DNA of 64,000 nucleotides from Lingula anatina (Eukaryota > Animalia > Brachiopoda), in the NCBI GenBank assembly GCA_051362555.1, contig CM120644.1, positions 752,954 to 816,953 of the forward strand, written 5' to 3'. The translations under genes and the position numbers were made by a program. Shown one piece after another: positions 36,805 to 48,646 of the stretch. The notes under the pieces are model-generated. The model saw only the letters and a list, made by a program, of their open reading frames with translations. It had not been told where the DNA came from and ran no database searches. How positions within the stretch are numbered: position 1 is the first letter of the stretch; each line of letters starts with the position of its first letter.

Positions 36805-39800
36805 TTTTTATTATGTACAGACACAGATGTGTCTGTACATATAGCCATCATCTGCGTCTGTCGTCGCCGTCGTCGCCGTCGCTGTCGCCGTCGCCGTCGC
36901 CGTCGCCGTGCACTTTTACCGATAACACGATAAGTGGAAAACCATTTTGCCTTTTGATTTGAAACTTGCAGAACTGATGAATATTCATAATACGCAGGTC
37001 AAGTTCGAAAATCAGCATGATCGGGTCACTCTTAGGGAATTTATGCTGTTTTTTCACTTTTTTCAACATATATGCAGCACCGATAACACGATAAGTGGAA
37101 AACCATTGTACCTTTTGACTTGAAACTTACAAAACTGATGAATATTCATAATATGCAGGTCAAGTTCGAAAAACAGCATGATCGGGTCACTTTTAGGGAA
37201 TTTATGCTGTTTTTTCACTTTTTTCAGCATATATACAGCACTGATAACACGATAAGTGGAAAACCATTTTACCTTTTGACTTGAAACTTACAAAACTGAT
37301 GAATATTCATAATACGCAGGTCAAGTTCGAAAATCAGCATGATCGGGTCACTTTTAGGGCATTTATGCTGTTTTTTCACTTTTTTCAGCATATATGCAGC
37401 ACCGATAACACGATAAGTGAAAAACCATTTTACCTTTTGGCTTGAAAGTTACTGAACTGATGAATATTCATAATACGCAGGTCAAGTTCGAAAATCAGCA
37501 TGATCGGGTCATTTTTAGGGTATTTATGCTGTTTTTTCACTTTTTTCAGCATATATGCAACCCCGATAACACGATAAGTGGAAAACCATTCTACCTTTTG
37601 GCTTGAAACTTACAAAACTGATGAATATTCATAATACGCAGGTCAAGTTCGAAAATCAGCATGATCGGGTCACTTTTAGGGCATTTATGCTGTTTTTTCA
37701 CTTTTTTCAGCATATATGCAGCACCGATAACACCATAAGTGGAAAACCAATTTACCTTTTGGCTTGAAACTTGCAGAACTGATAAATATTCATAATACGC
37801 AAGTCAAGTTTGAAAATGAGCATGATTCGATTATTGTTAGGGAATTTATGCTGTTTTTTCACTTTTTTCAGCATATATGCAGCACTGATAACACAATAAG
37901 TGGAAAACAGTTTTTTCATTTGGCTTGAAACTTACAGAACTAATGAATATTCATAATACGCAGGTCAAGTTTGAAAATCAGCAAGATCGGGCAATTTTTA
38001 TGGAAGTTATCCTGTTTTTTTTTTTTTTTTTTTTTTTTTTCAATTTTTTCAGCACTTTTATAACACTGATAACATGATAAGTGTAAAAATGTATTTCCTT
38101 TCCTTGGATTGAAATTTACAGAACTGGTGAATATATATAATACGCAGGTCAAGTTTGAAAATTGGCATGATTGGACTATTTTTACAAAAGTAATGCTGTT
38201 TTTTCCCCTTTATTCAGCATACATGCAACACTGATAACGTATTTTAAGGAAAACCAATCAGCCTTTTGTCTTGCAACTCACAGGAGTGATCAATCTGACC
38301 AGTATACAGATCAAGTTTGAAAATAAGCTTGATCAGTTAAGTTTTGATGAAGTTATTAGCCTTTTTGTATATAAGTGGTTTTTCTTCAGATTTAATTCTT
38401 AAGCATGTTAACAGTCTCATAACAGTACTAATTGGATATGTTAAAGTGTTGTTTTAACATTTTCTGCTTCTTAACAATATTGTTAGTTGATTATATAAAA
38501 ATGACGGTAAACTTATTATCCTGCATTGTGTAATAAAGTATCAAAAATGGAAAGGAACTCATCATTGCAGTTCGTCAGATTCAATCATTCACTATGTTCA
38601 GAATCTCCAAATGGAGCTAATTGGACATTATAAATTGTTCTATTGATATTTTTCCTATGTCAGCAATTTTCCTAGTTGATCATTTAAAAATGACAGTTAA
38701 TTGATGATGGTTTTATGTAAAAAAGGTGTTGAAAATGGAAAGAAAATCATTTCAGTACAGTTATCTCTTGTTAACATTTTGGCATTTTGAAAGTGTGACC
38801 CTAACTTCCATGTCCTTGGAGACCTTTCCATATCACATTTTCTGAATATCCATGATACTTTTATTTTTTTATAAAAAAATTGATGGTCATTATGCTGTTA
38901 AGTATTATGTTATATTGCATGAAAGTTAAAGAAAACCCTATTTTGGATACTGCTGCCAGGATAGCGATTAAGGGAAAACCATGTTACTTATGATAATCAA
39001 CCTTACTGAAAAGACTGAAGTGCAGCTTGTGTTGGAAAACCATCGTAATTGTTTTCTGTTTTGAAAGCAATGCAGTACAGTGCTATTTGGTGCAATAAAT
39101 GTATATGGATAGTAGGCAGTTAATTCAGGGTTATAAAATAATTTGCTTAATTGATTTTCAAGTTATTTCAGGGTTATAAAATAATTTGCTTAATTAATTT
39201 TCAAGTGGGTATTAAATGAGATTACATAAACACACATTGAGATTTCATTGTAAAGTCCCATCGGTTTAGCTTTCTTAACTGTGTCACATAATTAGGAATC
39301 GATGATTATTATGCAGGTAAATGTTATTTAATATGGAAAATAAGTTTACAAAAAAAATTTTGTGTAACGCTTACATTAATGCTAAAGATGAATAACAGTG
39401 CCTTATTATTCTCAAACTCAATAGGGTTATTCATATCATGTTAGTAATTGTACAGCTAGATTAAAAGTTTGAATAGCAGCTTTATTGGTATTTTTTGTTA
39501 TGTTTTATTTTACATTTTCTTTTAATTTTTTTATGCTGTTTTTTCACTTTTTTCAACATATATGCAACATTAATAACACAATATAAGAAAAACAGCTTAG
39601 CCAATTGTCATTATACTCACAGGAGTGGTCAATCTTACAAAAATGCAGGTTGAGTTCGAAAATCAGCGTTATCGGGCCATTATTTTAGAAGTTGTACTGT
39701 TTTTTCAAATTTCCTCAGATTCAATTCTTAGGCATGTTAACAGTCTCATTATTGAACTAATAAGATACGTAAACGTGTTTGTTTGATATTTCCTGCATCT

Positions 39801-40879
39801 TTACAACATTATTAGTTGATTATGTAAAAATGATGGTAAACTTGTTATCATGTATTGTGTAATCAAGTGTCCAAAACGGAAATAAACTCATATCATTGCA
39901 GTTTGTCAGATTCAATCATCCACATCTGCCATGATGACCATGATGGGAAAACCGTGTTACTTATGATTGTCAAACTTTCAAAAAAAGATACACAGGACTA
40001 AAATGCAGCCCAAGTTGGAAAAGCAGTCTAATGGGCTTCTTTTTCTGGAAGTTATACATTTTAGTGAAATATTCATTATCTTTTTGGCATATTCATTGTG
40101 GGACTCGGAGCTCCCATGGACATGAAGCCGGATGGTAATCAAATTTTCTACATGTTCATGCTATTTATAGTCAATAATCAAAAATTGGTGATAATTATTC
40201 TATAATTTATTATGTAATGTTACATCAAAATTGACAATAATCTTTTTGCACTGCTACTGCAAACATTATGAAAAGAAAACTGTGTTATTTATTATTATAT
40301 TTAACTTATTATTATTTATTATTATATTTAACTTAAGAGTATGATTTTTAGGATTGGCATGCAGTTCAAATTAGAAAGCCAGGTCAATTGGGTTATCATT
40401 TATTATTGAATTTAATGCAATTTTGTGTGAAATTTCATTTTTCTCATTCTGGCACTTTCTAAGTATAAACTTGAACTCTGATGGGCCTGAAGCCTTATGC
40501 TTTTACTTTCGTCGGTGTTACCTGTTGTGCAAAATTACAATTTGATGTTGACTGTGCAGTTAAACATAATGTATTATTGCATCAGAAGTGGTAGTCTCCT
40601 ATTTTGTGCATTATTGTTTTGTGCTCTTCTTAAGTTGTGACTTATGGGCCTGAAAGACCTTTGAGAGGGTCAGTCTATAAATTTCCCTTGGGTATCACTT
40701 CGCTAATTTCAGTTATAAAGTAATTTGCCTAATTGATAGGCTACATAAAGCACACTTGTGATTTGAGATTACATAAATCACACTTGTTGATATCTCCCTG
40801 TAAACTCCCAAAGGTTAAGCTCTCTGCTAGATTAATAATAAGGAAGCAGTGATAATTATGGAGGTAAATTATGCAGGTA

Positions 40880-40928
<49 letters not shown>

Positions 40929-40982
40929 CAACAATTGCTGCCTGGGCAGAGGTCTGCACTCTCGGAGTGCTTTTCTAGTTTT
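36805..40982 (+). mobile_element. Helentron/Helitron-type non-autonomous rolling-circle element, or a composite of such elements, with a satellite core
   Basis: T-rich start; 30-bp hairpin tatgtacagacaca-ga-tgtgtctgtacata (36812-36841); (gtcgcc)n microsatellite; 161-bp tandem array; 3'-type end gcactc-tcg-gagtgc-tttt-CTAG-tttt at about 40954-40982. That both ends belong to one element is inferred. Confidence 0.6.
36919..38360. repeat. Tandem array of 161-bp units (about 9 copies)
   Basis: Unit starts (c[c/t]gataacac) at 36919, 37080, 37241, 37402, 37563, 37724, 37885, then 38066 and 38231 (degenerate); a further decayed unit near 39530-39710. Confidence 0.92.
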
Positions 40983-41401
40983 GTTTATTTTCCTTAATAA
41001 CTTTTTTCTCAAACACTTGCATTTGTGATATTTAACCGCCTGAAGTTCTGCACATTTTCTGTATTTCCACATAAGCAGTTGTATGTTATTTATGTTTTCA
41101 AACATTATGTAATATTATTTTATGCACTGTCATCATTTTTCAAATATTGAGACTTTCATCATGTGACTTTGGTCTCTCATGGTCCTGATACTGTAATCTT
41201 ATTGAAGGGATGGATTGAGACCATCTTCTGGGTCAGCTTCCGGAAGACGTTCGGTTTTTAAGTTTATATTGACTGATATTTATTTTTTTTTTCTGTTGGA
41301 AGATCATCAAAATAGAGGATGGATCAACAAAGATACTTTGGAATACTGTCAGAAAATATCTCTGGGTCAGCTCCTGTTATTGACCATGTTGGCCTGTCTT
41401 A

Positions 41402-41625
41402 GGGTGCATTCCCAGAGATTTAGATCGATCCAGAGATTTAGATTTAGATCGACCTAACTCCCTGGGGGTTCACACTAAATTGCAGTCAGCGGAGCGCGCA
41501 CCATAGTTAATTACCCTCTTAAGCTTTTAGTAGGCGGGACAGACGCTTAAGCCTGCTAAGCTGACAGTAATGTAATGAGACTCCCCACAGGGATAGATCA
41601 ATCTAAAATCTATGGGAATGGGGTC
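41402..41625. mobile_element. Tourist/PIF-Harbinger-like MITE, intact 224-bp copy
   Basis: TTA|gggtgcattcccagagatttagatcgatc ... tctatgggaatggggtc|TTA, with a 3-bp TTA duplication. Confidence 0.88.
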
Positions 41626-42985
41626 TTAGTTTCTTAATATGTAAGACTCAGGTTCCTGGTTGTAGTGTGACTTTCACTACTTCAGGCACTATCAGCTGAA
41701 GTGAACTAACTGGAAGTCAAAGTTAGTTCAGTATTTGGATAAGCTTTGTATTATCTCTAATTCCGCTATATGAAACACAAACCACTATAAATCTCAAGTT
41801 GATGAAGAGTTTAGCTTTGAGTGTTTGGTGTTCTTTATCCTAAATCTGCAGGAATAAGCAGTAATGTCAACATTTTGCATGAAACACTTCTTATACCATT
41901 TTTCTTCCCATTTAGCTGAGGCCAATTCAGTGGCACATGTATTCCTTCCATTACCTCATGTATTTTAAAATTCATCAGCATATTTGCCTTGGGGGAAAAT
42001 GGATGAATAATATTACAAATACCAGTTAAATGGTGTGAAGTAAGGACCAGTCTTACCCAAGATGATACATCAAGTGAGTCATTGTGGAATGCACAGAAAC
42101 ACAGGCGTCTTTCTGGGCATTCACAGACCTGCTGTTCTAATAACCTGATATATCAAGATAAGTTAAGAGGTTGTGAAGACCATGAAGCATAAATCTGTAA
42201 ACTCATTCTGTTTGCTCAAACCCCAACTAGAAGTAATTAACCCAGATTATGATACCCCGGCCTTTCCCTAAAGAACTTAAGCAGAATGTTGGTCTTTAAA
42301 ACTTCAACCCAAGATAAAGAGTTACGACTTGATTTCAATGATTTTTTTTAAATTTTCTTTTGTGGGTGTGAGAGAGCCTGTGCTTAATGATTTCTTTTCA
42401 TTAAGTTATCTACAAACTGCTGATAAATGAATTAATAAATGATCATGTCTACACCAAGGTAGGCAGTGAGTTGACAAGTTGGGTATAAAAAAACAGTCAG
42501 TGTGTTTAATTTATGCTAAAAGAAAGAACGGGTGATATTTGTCAAGCAGGACTGCCAGATAAAGCTGGAAAGTGTGTGTGGTTATGTTACTCATGATAGC
42601 AAAACAGGACTGATTCATTTTGCTTCCTATGACAATTACTAGTAAGATTTCCTGATGTTAAAAAAAAAAATAGGACTCCAAAATTTGAAAAACAGGTTGA
42701 GTTTATGTGCAAAAAAAAAAGAAAAAAAAAAAAATACTCACCTGCACCTGGGGTATAGGTTTTTATGTACAGACACGAACAGGTGTGTTTGTACAGATAG
42801 CCGTCACCTGTTGTTGTAGTCGTTGTCATCATGGCTGTCATATTGCCATGAACTGCCACCACAAAAAAATAAGCTATGAAAGGAAAATCGTGTTACTTAT
42901 TATTGACTTTCTAGAATGATATGTTAAAGATTGACAAACAGCTCAATCCAATTTGATCTGATAATTATATCTTCATGAATTTGTG

Positions 42986-43020
<35 letters not shown>

Positions 43021-46000
43021 GTATTATTGTATTCAAAATTGACAGACCAACCTATTTATCATTATTATTTTTGGTTTTTTTCTGTATATATTTGACAGCT
43101 TTGGTGCCTTGTTTAAGTTTTTACACTCTCTTTTATCTAATTAAATCAGGTCACCACTATCAGTGTCAGGTGTCTGCCTATCAAATAGATTTATATTCCA
43201 TTACACTTATATGGTCCATGTTTTATAGGACATTACTTTGAATAGAGAGAGTAATTTTAAGTTCCTCCATACTGAGTAACGTCCTCCTATGACAGTCTCA
43301 TTTAGTGTGTCTGTGATCAAGTTTACAGGAGAAAATTTAGGAAAGCTGATATTTGAGACCGTATTCAGTAGATCAAATATGCCGATTACTTCAAAGCTGT
43401 CTAATCCCCTAATAGACACTGAATAGATTCCCAAGAGGATTACGCAACAAGCATGTGGGGCGGCCATGAGTCATTGTTTCAAGCAAAGATAGCAGTTAGT
43501 CTTGCGGTCAGTAGTTTGATAGTGAGGGCTTAACACTTCTACTAGTAGCATATACACACAAAGAACTCTTCACTAGATATTGTGATATTCCTCTCACTGG
43601 CTATTCATTATCTGTTCAAATTTCTGTCTCAATTCTAGAGAGAGAAGTTATGCCATCATCATTCAGCTGGTAGAGACGAAGTGCATTCAGTGTAAACAGT
43701 TTTATTGTATCACATATGCCTCCTCGAGTAGCTACGTAGTTATAGTTAGTTAATTACCCCCTAGCAACTCAAGGAGGCATCTCAGACATGTACCCCGATT
43801 ACAGTGATTGAACTACTGCACTAATGCAGAGTTGGATCAATCCAGCTAGTATATGAGTGGTTTGTCTGAATGCTCCCTGTAGAGCACCTGTGTGGTAACC
43901 TGGTGATAACCATATACAATCGTAGCACTGTGTTAACATGTCACAACTGAACTGAATATACAACAAAATTTGATAGCTTTCTGTTTCTGATCTAAGCTTG
44001 TCTTGGTGGTAGTTTTAATACAGAACTTCTGATGAATCTGTGTCAAAACTTTGATTCAGGCTAAGACGATCTGCAGTACATATAGTCTACTAAATAATTT
44101 AAATAACTGCGGTTTTAAAACAGCTGTACTGCAGCTTTTTCTTTCTATCAAATGGCATAAGATACTAGTATAGGTATTTTTTTCTTTCTAGTTATTTCTT
44201 TCTTTCCTATTGGTTTCATATTTTTCTTTCACCTATTTCTGTTTTTCAAAATGGTTTCAATTGGTAAAAAAAGTACAATATTTCATTTTAGTATAGAAGT
44301 TCTACTGTTTTATTTATTGTGTCAAAGAGGACTTAAACCATTACATACATTACATTGTAATTCTGTCAATTAAACTTTTAAGTTCAGCTTTCATCCTAAA
44401 ATTCTTTTCTGAAAGCAGCCACTGATGTGAGCATTTCTGCAGACAGTGCGCATTAGATCTAAGTTTTGCGCATTAGAACTAAGTTTTACGTGTAAACATT
44501 TCTATTTCTGGTTTGTGATTTGGTCTGATAGGCAGTGTGTGTGTTTATACCCAGACTACAAGGACCTATGTCCAAGATTGTAAATTAAAGCGGCTGTTTA
44601 GGTAAGACCCAAGTTATGACAAGCTAAGATAATAGCTCTACGAGGCATGACAGTTATCTTTGACTAAACCCATGCACATGTCAGCTCGTTGGCTGTAATT
44701 TTGAATGATTTAGCGGCCGGCGGGTAAAATAAATGGCCATTAGGAGTGAACAGGAATTTAAAGTGATGAAAAGTCACTGTCTGCTGTGTGTGTTGTGTAT
44801 GGGAGAAATGTGGGACGTGTTGCCTAGTAACGCGTACAGCCTTATAGGTATCCAAACTTTTATTATTTATTTATTACGAAAGAGAAAAAAATTGTTTATC
44901 ATGGAAACCTTTGTAAACATGCTGCAGGTTATACCTTTCAAGTGTTATCTTAATTCAAAATAATTAAAGTAAATGTTGTGTATTATGGTGTATTATATCA
45001 TTTTGTATAAAATTGTCAATATGTACATATTTACCAGTACTAGTACACAAAATATAGCACCATGCAGTTGCTATTAAATGTGTATTATGTTTATTGTTAT
45101 TTAAGGAAATCATTTTATGGTATTAACACAAGTGTAAAGGTTACAGCAGAAGCTGTTATTGTGTCTGTAATTGGATTATTACTGCAGGGATGTAATAAAA
45201 AATTAGTATATCTACATGGAATCCAAATGTTTATTACTTAATGACAAGAGCTTTGCAGAATGACACAGTGACCAAAAAACACATCAAAAATTAAGTGTAG
45301 CCACTATATATGACAGTAATATGTCAAATGTATGTCCATAAAAATGTCTTTTAATAGAAATATCTCTCTACATGGAAAAGATTAGCTTACAAATTTGTTC
45401 AGTAAACTTCCACATGCTGTTCTCTGGAAGAAAATTTGAACCTGTTCTCTGTAGGGCAAATTTGATTGCTTTAACTGGTCATTTTTTGGAGCTCTGTTTT
45501 ATGAAGAGCCGGGACACCTGTCCTTAATGTTATGATCAACGCTAAAGACAATGTCTGTTGTAGTATAATATGTACTGTTAACGCTGCAGGGAAATTTGGC
45601 TTGGTGTCAGTGTACGCGACCTGCACGCTTATGCTGTTGCAGTCAACAGCTGTAATCAGGTAGGCGAAAAAACTTTGCCGCCATCTACTGAGCCAACGTC
45701 ATTAGTCAATTTTAACAATATATAAGCCTATATATATGTTTATTCAAACAATCAAGATAAAACTTCTTTGGCTGTGGCAAAAATACTTTATGAGCAAGGA
45801 GGTTAATTAAATTTTTATATACCTTAAGGCAAATCAGGCTTGATATGACTTTAACGACATTTTAATGACTAAGAAGTGCCTCAAAAATCGACTTTTTTCA
45901 CTATCATTATATCTACCTTGTTTAAAAGCAGTTTTTCTACCTAAGGTAAAATTGTGTCTATTGGTGATTATAAGGGTACATCTAACACCTAATCTGTTGT

Positions 46001-46316
46001 TCTAATCTTTGGTTGTTTAATCTGATATATCAAATCTTAAGTAATGATTGAAAAGTTCTTAAACTATGTAGAATTTCTGTAAATTTCTTTTTATTTCTTT
46101 TTATTCCTTTTTTGTGGGAGGCTTGGGTCATAAAATTATTGGTCATAAAATTATTTATATTTTTGATCACATCTTCAAACAAAAAATCTATCTCAAATGA
46201 AAAGTTCTTGAAATCCAATGATCATCATGACTAAACAGCTGATATGAGTCAGGTTAACATGGAGTGATGAGTACATGCATGTTCCCCTGCATGGGGTGCT
46301 TAGATTAAAAGTATAT

Positions 46317-46794
46317 GGGCTCATTTCCACTGAAACTATCATTCTATGTAGATCGATCCAACTCTGCAGGGACTCCTGCTGAATGCAATCAGATTAACAG
46401 ATGATGCACCTCTTCCTGGCATTGGGTATATAATGCAGAAAAGCTGATGATTACATAGGAGAATATTGGAAACAATTGAGGAGGGGTGTGAATCTGTTTA
46501 TCTGATTGCATTCTGCTACAGTCCCTGCAGGTTTGTATCAATCTATGAAGAACAACAGTGACATTGGCAATTCACCCTTAGAGTGCATTCCCATAGATTT
46601 TAGATTGATCTATCCCCGTGGGGAGTCTCACTAGATTACTGTCAGATGATCCGGCTTAAATGTCCGTCCCGCCTACTACAAGCTGCAAGGGGGTAATTAA
46701 CTTTTGTGCCCGCTTGGCTGACAGCTATTTAGCGTGAACCCCCAGAGAGTTAGGTCGATCTAGTTGGATCGATCTAATCTCTGGGAATGGGATC
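46317..46794. mobile_element. Two adjacent MITEs: a diverged hairpin element (46317-46577) and a Tourist-like copy (46581-46794), separated by tta
   Basis: First element has long internal inverted arms (ctgcagggact...gaatgcaatcagat / atctgattgcattc...agtccctgcag); second matches the 41402 family. Confidence 0.75.
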
Positions 46795-47049
46795 TGACAG
46801 GCGCTGTACTGTAATTACAGGAAACATTGTTAAAATTTTTAAGGGAAAATTCTTTAAAATTTGTGGATATAAATCATCTTACTAGTGGCACGTCATGCAA
46901 TTTTTATAACCTCTTTCAAACTGATTTTCTTTAAAAATGTCCTTGTCAAATTCTTCTCTGTCATTTTTTTCTGAACCCTGTGTGTTATTGGGAGTTTCTA
47001 TAGTACTTGAGGCTGGAACTGACTACCGAAGACAGCTTTACTACTGTAG

Positions 47050-47392
47050 CAGACATGCTGAAACTGTCAGTCCCATCGGTCATGACCGGCAAAATTTGTC
47101 TGGACCGGTAAAAAATTGGACTTAGAGTTTAAGAGCCACAATTTTGAATTCACAGCCATCATTCAACATACTCCACTAATAAAATTATATATAACACCCA
47201 AAGCGTTTTCCTTTCCATTTCAAACCTATATCACATACACAAACAAAGTAAGCTACCCAAATGTTACTGGTACTTTCTGTCTCAAACGAATAGGGTGATT
47301 TTTGGTCTGACAAACATCCATTCGGTCCGGTAAATTTTTCATTACTGCCGGTCCAAATGTCTGACCATTCTGATAAGTTTTCAACATGTCTG
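47050..47392. mobile_element. hAT-like MITE
   Basis: Ends cagacatgctgaaact / agttttcaacatgtctg with repeated subterminal gaccgg/ccggtc motifs; the 8-bp TSD is not clean. Confidence 0.55.
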
Positions 47393-48646
47393 TACACTGT
47401 ACAACGTAACACTATAGGTTCATCTAATATACATGTACTGAATGATAGGTATACCTGATTATAGCTCTATATTACCACGCTACATGACTCTGTGTCATTT
47501 GAAAGATAATTTATGTTTCAGTCAAGCATGCTGCCGTGAATATATACTACATACAGAACATATTCAGTGAAGACCTCAGACTGAAATTACGTGGACTAAT
47601 GGGGTTCATTAGAGAACTCGCTGGTAGCTGAGAGAACCCTTTATTGTCAACACATTTCAATGACATGATATTATGAGCTAAATCTCAGTCATCTGGTAAA
47701 ACGTGTAAAGGTATATCAGGCAGATCTGGGGTTTGGAAGTGAAAGCCAGCTTTCAGCTTGTGGACTTCTGGCAACAATATAATGCTGTTGTCTTTTTTTC
47801 AGCCTAATAAGATTTATAAATTCATCTTTGTTTCCATTTTCAAGGTAGACCTCAGCTGTTCTGTCTAGACATATAATTAATAGGTTTGATGTCTACACTG
47901 TGGCACAAACATTAATATTATGAATCAAATGTGTGATGATTGCTCACAGAATATTTGCCACAATTAAATGATATTCCAATTGATATTAAATTTTTCCTGT
48001 GTTCTAACTGTAAGATGTTACAAAATTCTAATCGAGTCAGATTTTGTAAGGCTGTGATATTTTGGCATCCTTGAAACAATCAAATGTTCAGAAAAAGCGA
48101 TGTGCGAAAATTAGAAATTTTGAAGATTCTGAAGTATGAATGCCATGAGTGGGCAGAATTAACATTGTTGAACACTGGAAAAGATATTGTCTGCGCTGAC
48201 ATCAGTTGTCTATGTCACATTTGAATAACAAAGCAGCTCACTGAATTTCTTTTGTTCTGCTTCAGATTATGTAGGAGGTGACACGTAGAAAATATTGCAG
48301 GAGGATTGCGATGCAGCTGACAGTGTCTAGCAAATGTTATTAACAGGAGTGGAGAAAAGGACTTAATTGGCAGCATCAGGCGAATTGATAAACAATTCTG
48401 CAAGAAAGTTGCTACAAGAGGATCTGTTTCTAGAAAAAGATTTTACTTTAAAATATAATACACATATTGACAGTGCTAGAAGTGGCAGTTCTTAACCTGT
48501 AGCTGTGGACTTTGATTAAACCAGAAACTTACTACTCAGTTACTTTTGTAAATGTGTACAAAGACGAAGGTTTATCTGCAGCGGTAGCAGTCATTCATGC
48601 AACAGTTTATCCCAACTTGTGAAACTTTCCAAACAGATATACCAAA

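Noticed and set aside
36919-38360. 161-bp array as CRISPR or coding repeat
   Set aside because: Whole units are repeated without variable spacers and contain stops; it is satellite-like.
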